DNA of 64,000 nt from NCBI GenBank assembly GCA_965649825.1, contig OZ287696.1, positions 2,263,724 through 2,327,723 on the forward strand. Direction: 5' to 3'. A program made the position numbers and the translations under genes. This DNA is from Penicillus capitatus (taxonomy: Eukaryota; Plantae; Chlorophyta). Each line of letters opens with the position of its first letter. The first letter of the stretch is position 1. This document shows positions 49,104 to 63,488 of the stretch, in pieces. The notes beneath the pieces are model-generated. The model was not told the origin of the DNA. It saw only the letters and a list, made by a program, of their open reading frames with translations, and did not search any database.

Positions 49104-49278
49104 AATGCGTCAAACATGGATCATGGATGAAAATGGCAACAATTTTGAATGCATTACATGAACATTTTCCCAAAGGAGCAAGCCTGTCATTGTCCTTTGC
49201 TTAGCAGAAGTAGATTGTCTTGACTGCAACGCGAGTGACTCCATTTCTGGATGCTTTCCACTTGAGAGATGACAGCAC

Positions 49279-51281
49279 CTAAAAAACGCGCATCAATATC
49301 CCTTTGCACAATTCCTTGTGCCGAAGAGTGTTGCCTGGGGGAAGAAGACCACAAAACACCCCGTGTGCGGATTTCAGTTCCGAAAGAATCTTGCTTTCCA
49401 GACAGACCAAGGTATTGGCCCCATCTTCCTGATTCTGAACCTATCGCATCCGACGTCCGTTGGACAGAAAGAAAACAAGATCGATATCTCTACTGGATAA
49501 CTGCCGATCTGTATTTCAGGTCCCGTCTGTTGTGTGACAGTATTCAAAGCCGAAGCAATTTGCGTCTCGTCTTTCAGCTTTAGTCTGAGGACAATGTTAT
49601 GAAAAGGAGGGAGAGACTCTTCTTCTGTGAGCTTCTGTTTTAACGCTTTCCATCGAAGTCGGAGATATTCAGGAACACCTAACTCCAAGCCAGAGGCGTT
49701 GAGTTGGACAGAAGGTATCGGCGACACACCTGGAAGCATATACACATTCCTGCACTTTACCAGAGGAAAGGGACTCGGCTGTCCATCATTCGTCATTGTA
49801 TCCACAAACTCGACTTCCCTAAAGGAAGCGAAATCGGACGGAGATTCCTTCGGCAGCAGGATCGAGAGACTCTTGAGGGACTTCTGTCATTTTTAAATGG
49901 GCTTCTGTGACATTGTCCTCGAAGAAATCTCTCATGAGCTTTACCAAATAGGGATGCCTGTGCTCGTGGATGCGTTCGTTGTCAGTGTGAATGGCAGGCA
50001 ACCTGGAAAGAGATGTCTGCATGGCGGTGGCGACGCCTTGCATTGTCACATCATCAATGGTTGGCCCCACGCCGCCTGCCGTGAGGACCATTTCGTGGGT
50101 GGATGACAGCGCATGAACCTCTTCGGCAATGCTCGTCACATCATCACCCACGAACACAATCTTGTTCACTCTCCAACCCAATGAGCGCAGTTCCCGGCAA
50201 AGAAAGACGACATTGACGTCCTCCACCTTACCAGAAAGCAATTCATCCCCAACAATCAGCAGCGCTGTTTTCTTCGTCAGCGCCGAACACTCCATTGGGC
50301 CACGCTTGCCACTCTACACAAGACAGACATGCACATATGGGTTCCCGTGCAGATCAGCGACGGACAATGCGACGTCCAATTCTCTCCAGTCTGCTGTCGG
50401 CAAGGAGATAGGCAGGGGCATAGGTTCCGTTCTCTTTTCTGAGGGAGCTGTTGGGTCGTGTGTTGTGCGTGCCACCGATGGAAGTGTAGCCAGAGTCATA
50501 GAGCTTGCAGTAAGGCACACCGATGCGGCGAAGAAAAGCCCAGACGTTCTGATAACTCCAATCCAGAATTGGATTGATCCGCATAAGAGGTGGCCAATCG
50601 CCCGTCGTCGGAGAGAAGTGACTCTGACCAGATGCATTGGGGTCGCCCCTGTAAACGCATCTCGTATCGCACAATGAAACACCCACAGCCGAGAGACCTT
50701 CTGGTGCCCAGAATCACCGCCTTGATCTCGTAACTCTCGACAAAGCTTTGCAGATTCGGTACCATCGGGCAGTCCAGGTACACCATGTTCAGCCCATACC
50801 TGACAGAGGAGATGCGAAAATCCACACGCTACAGTGGCGCACTTCAGGTTCATTTCGTTGCCAAAATCGCAGATCTCTTCAAACTCATCTTGCTGGACGA
50901 ACATAAAGCACTTGATCCCACAGAGGCTTCCTCCTTTTGAAGACGATGTTGCTGCGATAGAGTCGACGGAATCGCATTCCTAGGACAACGACCTGCCTAC
51001 CTGTATCGACATGAGAGTATCCGTTTCTGCCGTGGATGCCTGCATCTGCCAATGCAGCTCTGAGGACATGGAGGAGCACACAGGAGTCTTTTCCAGCATT
51101 GAAGCTCAGTGCCAATTCCTCCATCCTGTATGAACACACGATCTCGGCCAAAGACAGCCGCCGCTTCGAGGGAAATGCACCGATAGAGCATGAAGCTCCG
51201 TTTCAGCAACTTCACTGCGGTCTCGAACTGCTCGCGAATCTCATCGTCTTCCCCAGAGCGCATGCACTGGACGACGTCCAT
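49279..51281 (-). CDS. FLAD1: FAD synthase (PAPS-reductase domain plus C-terminal molybdopterin-binding/CinA domain)
   Basis: LSFNAGKDS, GTRR|GDP...RINPILDWSY...LYDSGYTSIG, then IVGDELLSGKVEDVN...GGVGPTIDDVT...NVYMLPG|VP. Confidence 0.93.
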
Positions 51282-51373
51282 TTTTGAGACGTGAATGCAC
51301 GATCGCACGTCACTGTCAAGAGCGACCGACATACCGACGCGAGTAAAAGACAGGGAACGCATCTTCTTCGACG

Positions 51374-54300
51374 ATGGATGACGCGTTCCTGGATCCCAAA
51401 GCGACCGAGACACAAAGCCCAGTATCGGATAACAGGAATCGAGATTGTCTCCTGTCTGCGCCCTTGTCATTCTACGACGCTTTCCACGCCGTCAATGGTG
51501 TTCCTGCTTTTCTTCTCACTCCCGAACGGCCGCCGTCGCAGCTCATCGACGAGAATGACGTCAGGGGATCGGCGGATTCGGAAAACGGCTTGGAAAATGA
51601 AGAGGTTGTCACGTGCTGTGCCTTTTCGCACAATGGTTATCGACTTGCCAGCGGTCACTCTTCTGGACGCGTTTGCCTCTGGGATGTCTATCATGGAAAG
51701 CTGCTCTTCTGTAGAGATGACCTCCATGACGTCCCCATCTGCGATATCTGTTTCAGAGACAAGACTGATGATATCGTCATGACGTCCGATCGCGAAGGGC
51801 GTTGTGTCGAGTGGATCGCACGTGGTTTGGAGCATGCAGTGCATCGCATGGATGTTTCCAATCAATGGAAGACAGGAACAGAGGATCTCGCTTTCGAGGT
51901 CGTTATCCGTCGGATATCGCGTTTTTTCAAACGCGGATCCATCGTGGTCTTTGCTGTCACCATCGAGACGTGTCGACTGGGCAGCGGGGCTTTTATGTTA
52001 AGCGAGTCGGATCTCGTGGTCGTCTTTTCTGTGATGGACACGACAATTATGGCAGAAGAGAGGTGCTTGGCGCAGCTCAGATTCACTGCCAAGAAATCAG
52101 ACGATGTGGTGACCAGTATGGAGATGTCTCAGGATGGAACTGGCCTTCTGGTTGGATTTACGGATGGCAGCGTGAAGGAGGGCTACGTCGTTCTATGGCC
52201 AAATTTTCGCGAACATCCAAACTTCTATGATACACTAAGATCGGGAACGCTTGGGACTTGGGCGCCAGATGGTGTCCATATTGTGACATGGACGGTCCCA
52301 GAAGTGCCGTTTCCTGAAGATAATGATGCTTGCTGTGCTTTCCTCTGGGACGTGGGTCATTTCAGAAAGCAGATACAAGAGAGCGCAGGGGAATCGGATT
52401 TCGAATACATAACACCCACGGAGCTGCGCAATCCATTTGGCAAGAACGTCTTGTGGTGTCGTTTTACACGGGATCCCGAGGAGAAGACCCGCCTTGTTAT
52501 GGGGGTGGTCCGCTCAACAGTCCACTTGTTACTGTGGGATATCGATTCACGAATTCTCACACATGACATTCCTACGGGTCACACATTTTCGGTGTCCTGC
52601 CCTTGTACCCTTTGCCATTTTCAGGGATCCCCACCGATGACGTCATTTTCGGAAGCCGAAAGCGTTGGAAAGAGTGTTGGGTGGACGACAAATTCGTAAA
52701 GGGACTGAAGCCTTTGGAAGTGACGGCAGATGCCAAGTGGCTAGGGGCTGTTGCAGGACACAAAAATCGGGCAGTTGTGTGGGATGCAGCACAAGGAGTT
52801 GAACTTCTGAACATCGCACTGCCTCAAGATCTTTCGGAAACCATCGGAAACGGTGCAGATCTCGTTATGGGTTCCAGTCCAGGTGCCTTTGCCATGATCG
52901 GGTCATTCCTTTCCATATCGCTCTCGAAGCCATGTTCGTTTGGCTGACTGTTAGGCGCACGAGCATCCTTGTTTTTTGTCCGCCTGTTGCAAGAGAGGAC
53001 GAGAAGCGACAACAACCGAAGCAGATGGTTGAGATTACGTATCACGATGTACACAACACTCCCGAAGGAAGCATGAAGACAGTGTTCTCCTCGAACGGGG
53101 AAGTTTTGGCGGCGCTCCATGGTGGGTCGCCTTCCTTGCATCTATGGAGTTTGCATGCACCAGTCAACTTGACGATCAGAGAATCGACGACGAGCGAATA
53201 TCAAGTGACCTACGGAAGATTCAAGGACTTTGCCCTCGGCGTTGATTTCGCCATCAGCGAAAACGAACCTTCTTTTCTCGTTACCTTTTCAACAAAGTAC
53301 CATATGTTGATCTGGGAGTGCACGTCTAAAGCAGCAAGGATAGAGGGCGTCATTGCATCGAAAGAGACCAGCTTCTGCAGGGAGATCTGTCTGATGCAGG
53401 ACAATGCGGCCATCGTTGTCTGTGAAAACTCAGGCGATCTGGCGTGGTATTTGCTGCAAGATGATCAGAAAAGCAGTTCAATGTCTTTCATCTCACTCGA
53501 CGACGAACATCGGCCGCTTCTGAATCGACGCTCTCAAGATGACCTGAGAGAAAGGCCGGCAGTCTGTCAGAGTAGAGGTTTTCTCAGTACCAAAATTCTG
53601 CCGAGGCATCGATCCGAGTACTATGACACGGCGAGTCGCAATCAGCACTCTCTCCGCCGCTTTTCGTTGGCGAGATGCGTTCGAAAGAAAGCGCAAGGGA
53701 GTCACTCCTGTCGCTTTTCGGCAGACTGCAAGACAGCGGTGCTGATGCCAGATTGTGAAAGCGTCTTCATCTGGGATCTGGAGGAACGCATTGTGATGAG
53801 GAAGTTGACACAGCAAATAGATGGCGGCGAATTCTTTCCGGAGTCCTCTACATCCTCCGCTCATTCGATCGCGCATTTTACGATTCTTCAACAAAAACTT
53901 GCGTCTAACAGGGAGATTCTCTCTTACATTGACAAGTCTTTCGTCGACAACCGCCTCAAGACCCAGGCAATACCAGAATCTCTCGATCGAAAGGATAAGA
54001 CTTCTGCCTGTACAGTTGTCGATGCCTGAGAAAACCGTTGTCGTTTCGGAGCATGTCGATGTCTATCTCGTGGCGAACGTTGCTGGATCCGATCAAAATG
54101 ATGATCAACAAGATCCGAGCATCGATCACCTTTTCAAAGAGAACAAAAGGGAAGAGTGCAGCAGTCTTTATGTCATAAACACAAGGCATCCTGAAGCCAC
54201 GCGCAAGCTTTCCGGAATAAAACTTCGCCCACTGAAAGGCAAGACGCCTTCCGATGCATCATCTCTTTTCATTTGCCAAACAGGAATGGCCATCTCTGCC

Positions 54301-56600
54301 GACGGTAGATATGTTGCCTGTCCTGCCGCCGCCAGAGGCTGTTCCAAGATACTTGTGTGGAGCTGTTACAGCAATGATCTCCTCTTACCTGCCTTCTGCT
54401 CTCTGGAACTCATGGAATGTGTTCAGAGCAAACAGCGCGTCACGCATCATTTCAAATTGCTTTTGGACAGATTCGGGGCAAATCTCATAAACTACGTGCA
54501 GCCCCATGGAGCAACTCTTCTCTTTGACGCCATCACCAACATCAACGATGAAGTGTTGGATGTTGCCCTGCAGCACGCCGTCACGCACAGAATCAAAGTT
54601 GACTGGCCATTTCGAAGAATAGCGCTTTTACGTGTGTTGTGCCGTTGAGGTATCGCTAGAGACAGAAGATGAGCGACGGAAGAATGGTGTCCAATTGACC
54701 AATGGTGTTGAGCTGGCCATAAAAAATCGATCTCCAGAGATTGCAAGCAAAATCATGGAGTATCTCATGAAACGTGTGACGCATGAAGATCAGATGTCAA
54801 GAATTCTCAAAAAATCACTGGTGTCCATGATCCAGCGCTATCCCAAAATATTCGCCGATACCTTACATCATCCCGAACTCTTTTCCACCGTCGCAGACAT
54901 CAGGGTTTGCTTCGAACAGCGTGTGATCCGTTTGATGCCACGAGTTTTGTGACATCAGATTCCTGAAGCGCTGTTTGGTACGAGTGATTTTGCGGAGAAT
55001 CTCTCCAACTACCTTTACGCTGTCGAAGAACACACGACGGAGATCTGGGATAAGAGATGCAAAGAAGAGGGCTTGATCGGTGGCGATCCTGTGACGGTGG
55101 CTGCACTGTCCAAGGTCTTGCCATATCCAGATGCCTGCCAAGTCGGAAATCGTGGCCTACTGAGGCCGATGCTGGTCAACGGAGCATCGGATACGTGTTT
55201 CGCCGCATTCGCCATAAAAGCCATCGTGACACACAAATGGAGGTAAGAGTGTCGGCGCATCCATCCTTCTGCTTGACCTTCTCTACGCTCTAGGCAATAT
55301 GCAGAAAACCTTCTGCGTCGGGAGTTCTGTCACTATGGTGTGTTGCTCATCTGTTTTACGCTGTACTGTTTCTTCCTCGTCTTCCAAGACACGTACAATT
55401 CCATCTCGTTGACAGGAAATGAAGAAAACAACTGGAAGACGGGCATCACATTCGCCGTCTGCTGGATCATTGCCGTTCCCAAACTCTACAAGGAGTTTGT
55501 GCAGGCGAGCTTCTACTGGAGAGATTACAAATTGAAGGGGCTCTATTACTGGCTCGCATCTGCCTGGAATTGGATGGAGATCTTGTGCTACATCAGCATC
55601 ATCGTGCTGATTCCAATCGGTCAGTACTGGTTGTTAAAGGAAGGCAAGAGGGCGACCTATCTCTCTGGTCTCGTCGCGCTGGAGTCTCTCTTGCTCTGGT
55701 GTAAAGTGCTTTACTATCTTCAGCCATTCCGCAGCACAGGTCCACTTGTGATCATTGTCTCTGCCATTGCCTTGGACATTCTGCCTTTTCTCTTACTGGC
55801 AACCTGTGTCATGTTGGGCTTCACCGTTGCCTTCTTCGTGCTGTATCGGCACTACAGATATCCAGAGGATCCATTGAATCTACACGATGTGCAGCAGAAC
55901 CCGGTTCCGCATCATGGGCAGCAACAGGAGGATCAACTGGATGATCCTTCGGATGTGCTTTTCTCTTTCAAAGATTTCGGACACACACTGTTCAGCGTGA
56001 TGCGTTTCCTCTTTGGCGATTTCGATTCCCAAGTCCTGTTCGACGCGCCTCTCAAAGGAATGGCCATCTTTCTCTTTGTGCTGTACATGATCATCATGAC
56101 CATTATCTTGCTGAACATGATGATCGCCATCATGAGTGACAGCTTCAGTCGGATCAAGTCCAACGAAGAAACGCAGTTTGTCAAGGCTAGGGCTATCGCT
56201 ATTGACGACGTCGAGTCCATGCTGTCCATCCGACACGAACAACAACTCCGGTGCCCTTCACTGTTCCTCTGCCACATGTTTTATTGTCATGGCTTTTAGG
56301 AAGGACCACAAAACGTTCCTTCATGTGGCGGTGCCCAAGTACAGCCACGACAGAGTGATGAATGCTCTACGAAGACGGGATCGAAGAGAGACACCTCATA
56401 CGAATATGCAAGAGATCGTAGATCTACTCAACACTCTGGTGCAGCGCGAGCACTTCGGAAGGGAAGAGGGACTTGCAGAAGCGCGACAGAGTCAAGTCAG
56501 CGAGAATGTAGATAGAGGGACTGTGCGTTCAGATGCCTCCAATGCGAGTGGGGTCATCGATCCGATGCAAACGGAGGCGGCTTCGGTCCAACGGCCGTGA
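51374..56600 (+). CDS. TRP-type cation channel with long N-terminal WD40 region
   Basis: WD40 motifs (VTCCAFSHNGYRLASGHSSGRVCLWDV); pre-S1 IKAIVTHKW; six TM segments; pore/S6 LFGDFD...ILLNMMIAIMSDSF; all frames joinable by 47-54 nt introns. Confidence 0.85.
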
Positions 56601-56691
56601 ACGGATCCGATCGTTCTTCTTCTATTGCGTGTGACGCGTAAAAAACGTGTTTCCATGGACAATGCGTTAAAGAAAGGAACGTTAGCTGCAT

Positions 56692-56979
56692 TCATCTGCG
56701 TCTCTTATGACCTTCGCTATCTCCCTCTGTCGCAGGATTCGAGGAATGGCCTCCGTCTGTCTCGACGCGCGGGACCGTGCACCATTGGACTGGGTGTCTG
56801 TTATAGAAAGGCCAGTCGGGCACCACCAGTGCCAGAGTGAAAGCCACGCAACTTGCGTAGAGTTTAAACATGGCTTCGAAATCTTTCAGGTAGAATCCCA
56901 GCAGAAAAGACAGAATGCCGCCTGTCCATAGGAGTAAGGTCGATAAGTTCTCGGCCAGCTTCTGTCCCATGAAATCCAT
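56692..56979 (-). CDS. SPCS1: Signal peptidase complex subunit 1 (SPC12)
   Basis: MDFMGQKLAE...VVPDWPFYNRHPVQW. Confidence 0.92.
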   Translation of the reverse strand: MDFMGQKLAENLSTLLLWTGGILSFLLGFYLKDFEAMFKLYASCVAFTLALVVPDWPFYNRHPVQWCTVPRVETDGGHSSNPATEGDSEGHKRRR

Positions 56980-59900
56980 AACGCGATGTATCGCCGAGCA
57001 GAGATTTGAACGCAGGAGAGTGTCGTACAACCACTGCTTTGGCTGTAGAGACATGATGGTCGTCTTCCTATTGGCGTCAACGATCATGCTGTCGGACGAG
57101 AATAGAATATAGACACTGGGTTGCTTGCTTACAATAGATTGGACCTGCAAACGAATCAGCAGTCGTAGCGCTCAAGTGGTTGAAATCCTCTTAGTCGTCG
57201 AATCTATTGACGTCGGTTTTCTGTAGCAAGTTTTTTTTCCATGATAAGAACGTTTTAGTTCTTGACTGTCTCTGCAAATTCCGAGGAGGGCTCGGAGAAC
57301 GCTTATCCCGTCATCAGTTTGCATCCTGTCCGCGTTGCCTTTACAAGCGTGCAGGTTGTAGTCGTCCTCTTAGCGACAATGATTGTGCAACAAGGTTGAA
57401 TATCCAGGGGTTGACCCCGGTAGGGGATATATTGATCTCACACGGTTGAACTTCGTGCAATTCCATAGACTGTTTTTAGCGACTCCGGAGCAGACGGCGG
57501 CATCCGACTCCTCGAATCGAAAAGGAGAACACAGAAGCAAACAAATGATCCTGTTTTCCGACATACAGACTGTCGCCAAGATTCTCGTGAAGATGTGACT
57601 TTCTTAAAGGAGAGGCGTCATGTGTATGAAGGGACGCTGGTTGTCTTGTCAGAAGGGACCCTTGGGCTTCAAGAGATGCTTTTCTTTGGTCGTGGAAGTA
57701 GGATGACTCATCTGCCTAGACTGTCACATCGCCTAGACTGAATAAAAGGCTTAGGATTCGCCGTGTGTTTGTCCTTTCGTTTTTCGTTGTAAGACTTTTT
57801 GTCTCGACCCCCTTCACTCTGGCTAACGACGACGCTGAGCTAGACGTTTCGCACGCTTTCATCTAGTACGCACCCGCTCTACCCTACCTTCAAGGATCGA
57901 CTCGACCAGTTCCGCCGAGGAGAACAAGCGGAGCTTCTTCATCGGGGAGCGGAGCAAGTTGTTGTCCATAACATTAGACTTTACGACACCTGGCGAAGTT
58001 CTGAGGACAGAAGCGTTGACCTCGCAACCCTCCAACCTGAAGACATAGTGACCCCAGGGCCTTCAGAGATATTCATACAGGAAGAAGAGCAATCAAACCA
58101 GCCAAACGGCGACACAGATAAAGTCGCAGACGCCCCGCCGTGTTCGTCGGAACGTGGCGTATTTCTGCCGTAGGTGTCACATCAGATGCGTCGTACTGAT
58201 CGAGACAGCCCTGCGAAATCGAAGCGGTAGTCCGCCGCGACGCCATAAATGTCCCAACACGACAGTCACATCGCCTTGGAAATCTCGGTGACAACCGTAT
58301 TCGCAGTTTTTGAAGGCGTTTTACGCCACCCCCGAACCCGGCTGAACGCGCGCGGAAGTTTCGGAGTTAGGTCCTCCGATTTGTCTCATGTCGCGTAATC
58401 CCAGCGCTTGGGCCAGCGTCGCAAACGATGAGGCTGCACCGAGGCGCGACCGCTGCCTGTCTGCCAAGTTGCTCTCACGGCGACTCCCCGACGTCTCTCG
58501 AGACAACTTTCTCGTCTTCCTGCCATTCGTCGCGACGACTTTCTTGACGACTCTTTGCGAGTCTGACGGACCGAGGCATGCTGTTCTTTGACGTTTCTTG
58601 ACAAGACGCCGTTTTCTTGTCCATTCATTGTAGGTTTTGTGGCCGGCACACCCTGGTAGACTGTTGTTAATCAACCGTTTTCCCTTGTTGCCTCACTTAC
58701 TCTCCGCGTGTCGTGGCACCTTGTGATTATTTCACTATCACATAACACCTGCCCCCGACGAGTTTCGATACCGGTCATTCTTAGTTGACACAGTCTTTCT
58801 TCCTGATGGGACGTGGTGCAGATTCTTTTTGACCGCGTTTTTTGGCCGACTTCAGCTCATTCCGTCACCTTCTGGTTCGCGGGCAGTCCGTAGCGGAAAG
58901 CGGTTCTCCGGCGTCGAAGAAGTCGGCCGACGGTCAGAGCGAAGGCGTGCAGGGATGTTTGTGTGTGCGGGTGGAGATGGCTGACGACGAAACTGTATCG
59001 AGGCGAGAAAGGCAACATTTAACTAAAGTCGTCAAACGAAATCGGTTAAGAGAGATTCCCGCGGGGCTAGGAGAGGTCCTTACTCCTGGCGTCGGAGAAA
59101 AAATATAGCAATCGTCTACGCACGGAGGCAGTCGGAAGTTATTCTCGTCCAGACCCGTCCTTATGTCGGTCTGGTTAGAAGAGTGTTTTCCGGCGGTTTT
59201 TACAAAATCGGCTGCCCGAACTTCTTGGATGTTTTTTTCCATTTCCCCTGACGGGGCGTGGCACATGTTCATTCAAACGCCATGTAAATGAGGAATTATA
59301 TATATTCTCAGTTGACACAGACGTCGTCGTCGCTCGTAAGATCTTTCATCTTTGAAGTTGGACATCCTCTACCCACAAGTTTCCCTGCTTCTATATTCAT
59401 GGATCCCTATCTGTCCACTGGTCGATGTGAAACCTAAAGGCCGCTATAGTACTTAACATCTATCTGTTTGTATCGACAAAACTCGTCTTTTCAAGGCTCT
59501 TTCATTTCAAAAACATAGTCTCTCGCGCCGGCCGATGCAAAAGTGAGTTATGTCTCGAAACTTAAAGTCAGTCTGTAACACAACATACTTCTCTTCCCAT
59601 TTTGAAGGTTCGGAGACGAAAATCGAATCTCTATTCCGATTTATATCTAGACCATCATCATTTTGGCCCATGTGGCACACTTAGATACTCCTCGCCTGTG
59701 ATACTCAGCGACCTTTCCGATGCTCTTGTTCGACCTCCGACAGTTTCGCTCTTCTATGAAGCAATGGCAGTTGAACCGCTGCTGCTCGCGGGGCTGCAAT
59801 TCAAGATTGCTTCCTCGATGGCATTTGACGTGCAACGAATCCTTCGTTGAGAACTGATCGCATTCTGCTTGCCAGTGCTCACAAAGTGGACAAGGTACAT

Positions 59901-61684
59901 GCTGCAAAGCGTTCAAGGCTGCCGTTGGACAACCCAAAGGGTCCAATGACAGTCTCAGACTCTCGCGTGTTTTCATAGTTGTCCGACGAAACGATCAATC
60001 CTTAAGTCGACGGTAAGTATCAGACGGATCCAGTTTAAACATATCCGCGGTACCAATTTTAGAGCCATCCGTTTTCTTTATTCATCTCGATATCAGAGCG
60101 CATTTGGCATGCATCGACGACACCAGATCTTTTTTCAGGAAATGGCGTTAATCTTTCCTGTCTTATCCGTTCAAATCATTCAGCGAGTGCCAAGGTAAAA
60201 CCCAAGCTGTCATCTGTCTCTTTTTCGAAGTTCAGCTCCAAGCTAAACAAAAGTGTTTCAGCTATAACGGTGTGGGTGTGGCATTCGAATGAAACAAGTC
60301 ACTAGAGCAAAAAAACCAGTCCACTACCCACGTGCTTGTGGGCATCGCTACGGCAACAGATTCGACGAAAGACACACAAAGCTGTAACTGTGATCCTGAG
60401 ACTGACTCAGTTGTTCTCAACTCAGGTTATCTACTAGAGAGCCCTTGGGCGGATTAACTTGATGGCTTACATGTCTGTGTCGACTGCCTCTGCCTTGACA
60501 TAGAAGTGCGAAACACACGGCAAAAGTTTTGCTCTACAGCTTAGAACCCGAAAATATTCATTAGAGAGTCGCATGGTTCGCTTTCAAGAAGAGCAACTCG
60601 GTACCATCATCCAGAAAGGCGGCTCGAAGATCAGAGACTCGTAGATAGATCTGCTTTCTTTAGACAGCGCAACCTCCGCAATTCCTTCATCATGAAAGAA
60701 TAGCTACGAGACTACAATCGGAATGACTCGCGGGAATATGCGAAGCCGGAGAAAACAACACAGACCAGTCTTGTCAAAACGAGCATCATGCAGCAAACCG
60801 CGGTTTGGTGTCGAAGGAGCGTCCCTTTGTCTTCCAGGTTTCGCTTTCTTTATCTCCGCCCTCGACGGCGGTTTCTACGAGTCGAGAACGCCGTCAAGGC
60901 GCGGTGGTCCTTAGATGCCAAGTTCGCAGTTACCATCTCTTGCACATCTGACACTGCGAAGCAGATTTGGCCGTAGACAAGAGGCGACTGCTGAACGAAT
61001 GGGTTCAGGAAGTGTCGCGTCATACAGCTGTTTTCGCCCACGCATCACCGCAGTTTTCGCATGGAGCCATTGGAGCCCCAGAATCATGGACTGAAGTCCA
61101 TCCCGCACTGTCCATCCAACAGTGAAGTGTTGCTGTCTTAGGTGGAGTTGGAATTCGATGGTCTTTCCGGCATCGGGGTACTGTGGGGTTCCATTCCACA
61201 AGACTTTCATCGAATATGGATGACCAAGATGCAAAAACAGATTGTGGACAGCTCACCACAGTGGACGGTTTTCCGCATAACCATAGGATCAGCGGCCTCT
61301 GGGACGGTTTCCCTGACCGGTTAAGAAGAAACAACCGTAGGAGAACTTCATAAGATGCAGCAGAAGGTACTCTCATGGATGGGCAGCTTTTTTATGCCTT
61401 CTTAGGCTGTGCTGTTAGCAAAAATAGACGGCACAGATCCTCCGCTCTACGACTGGGAGGGTGATACCATGCAAGTGCACCCCGGAGACAAACTTCAGTT
61501 TCGATTCAGCCGCCTGCGTCGAACTACGGATGGACACGTCAGACGGTTGAGTTGACACGATAAATTCTGAGAACTTCGGCACAAACGAACACAATACACG
61601 TTTGCGCTTTTCGTTTTATCTTTTCGCGCCGTCTGTTTTTGGACATACTTCAGACTTCCAATCTTTCCGAATACCTTTTGAAGA

Positions 61685-62003
61685 ATGCGTTGTGCCTGTA
61701 ACGTCGGCCAATGCGACGCGAGTTGCTCGTGCCCAGACGCTTGCAGATGCAAATCGGGAAACCCGATGGTCAATTACTCAGAACCCTGCGGCTGCCGCCA
61801 TTGTGTCGCGTCATGTGGCGTTTGCAGAACGATTAATCGTCCTGGCGCGAAGAAAAAAGTGCTCGAACGCGTCGGTGGAGGAATGGTCGTTGCCACTATC
61901 ATTGCCGGCACTGTGGTAATGGTTCGCAAAAGAATGGGCCGCAGAGAAGTAGCCTCCGTCATTATCCCTTTCTGCGCTTACCTATTTCGTTTAGGTGGCC
62001 TGA
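61685..62003 (+). CDS. Cys-rich tail-anchored mini-protein, 90 aa, copy B
   Basis: 12 Cys with the same spacing as copy A, TM helix, 46-nt GT-AG intron 61949-61994 then GTG GCC TGA. Confidence 0.75.
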
Positions 62004-62722
62004 CACATCTGTCAAAGGAAGCGCTGCAGCTGTAGATTTATCTTCCACACTATTACTTCATTAGTGGTTGTTCGCCCACGGTGCCCATTTTTGTCGGTCG
62101 GCATGGCAATGTAAGCCCAACGGCCATGACAAATTTGGAGCCTATTCCTTACTTTGCGACTGTGAGACGCTAGAGAGAGTTAGAACATTCAGAGAGCTGC
62201 TCACGCACATCAGTTTGTCATCATCATTATGAATGTCGAATCTTTAGTCTCAAAATTCATGTGCCCCGCAACTTCGTTCGCGCTTAGGGAGGAGGAGAGT
62301 TGCGGCCGCCTCGCACCTTCAAAACGGCAAGGGAGGACACTGAGGCAGAGGCAGTCGCCGACGCACTCTTAACACAGGTGTAGATTCCAGGTGCGCAGGC
62401 ACGTCGGCCGATACAGGGAAAAAAGAACATGTGGCATGCAGACAGGGTGAATGCGTTGTTGGGCTTGGTAGAGTGGTTCTTCCTCGCTCGCCCGAAGATT
62501 TTTTGTTCGTGGCTACAGCACGATACGAACGACTCGTGAACTGCTGCTGCATGAGAGATGCGCCGAGTGGACCGTCCGCCAAACCGTAGAGAACCTGGAA
62601 CTTCGCATGACTTACGCGCTTGCGGCGTGGAGATGCCGATTAAGTCACCTCTTTCCCGAGGTGGGCAAACATCCACCGCGCGCTGGGCGAGAAGCTTAGT
62701 AGGGATACTTGCCCAGATTCTG

Positions 62723-63488
62723 ATGACCTGTCATCACGTCGGGCAGAATCTAAAACTGTCGCTGCCGGACGGCTCGGCCGCCTACGTGTCCCTCAACGAG
62801 ATTCAATCGAGGGACAGACAGCTGGAAGTATATCACCGGGCCCTGTCTTGGCAGAACGAGCTCTTCACAGAATGTCGCCGCATAAGAACGCAGGCCACAC
62901 AGGCTCTTGACCTACACCAGCAGTGCTCCGTGGAGTGGGACGACCTGTCTGTGTTCTTGTAGCATGAGCTGTTTCGCCTCAGGGAGAAAGCTGCCAAGGA
63001 GGGCACCGGCAAGGCAGGTTCAGGAGGGAAGCACAGACTCCATATCCGCCTCCGGCGGTGGTGGAATGTATGGATCCGGCCGTGGAGGAGTACCTCCTGG
63101 CATCGCTCGAGTCGATGCACAAGAGACTCATCCCAGACTGCAGAGTCTGATCTCCGCTGCGATGCACGTCCACGTTAAGAGCTTGTCGGATCCAGACTCC
63201 CGGCAGCGTCACGCCGTGAAGCGCCTTGCCATCGACCAGAGAAACGACATCACGAGACTGGGCATCGCTCCCAAGCGCCTGGCGCGAGACGGCAGTGGAG
63301 CGAAGAGGTACAGAGCCGTCGAAGCGACGACCGGGGTCTCGTCTTCCACGAAGGATGCTGGATGCCGTTCGTCGAGTGTCCCCTCTGAGAAGAAAAGGCG
63401 TCAGGACAGGAAGACGACTGCCGACTGCGTCCTGCGTCGTCTGCCGACTGCGTCCTGCGTCGTCTGCCGAAAACGACTCCCGATCTGA
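62723..63488 (+). pseudogene. Orphan ORF remnant (copy B)
   Basis: Homolog of 27834-28576 with its own TAG stop (62960-62962), indels and a ~23-bp tandem duplication near 63418-63468. Confidence 0.5.
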
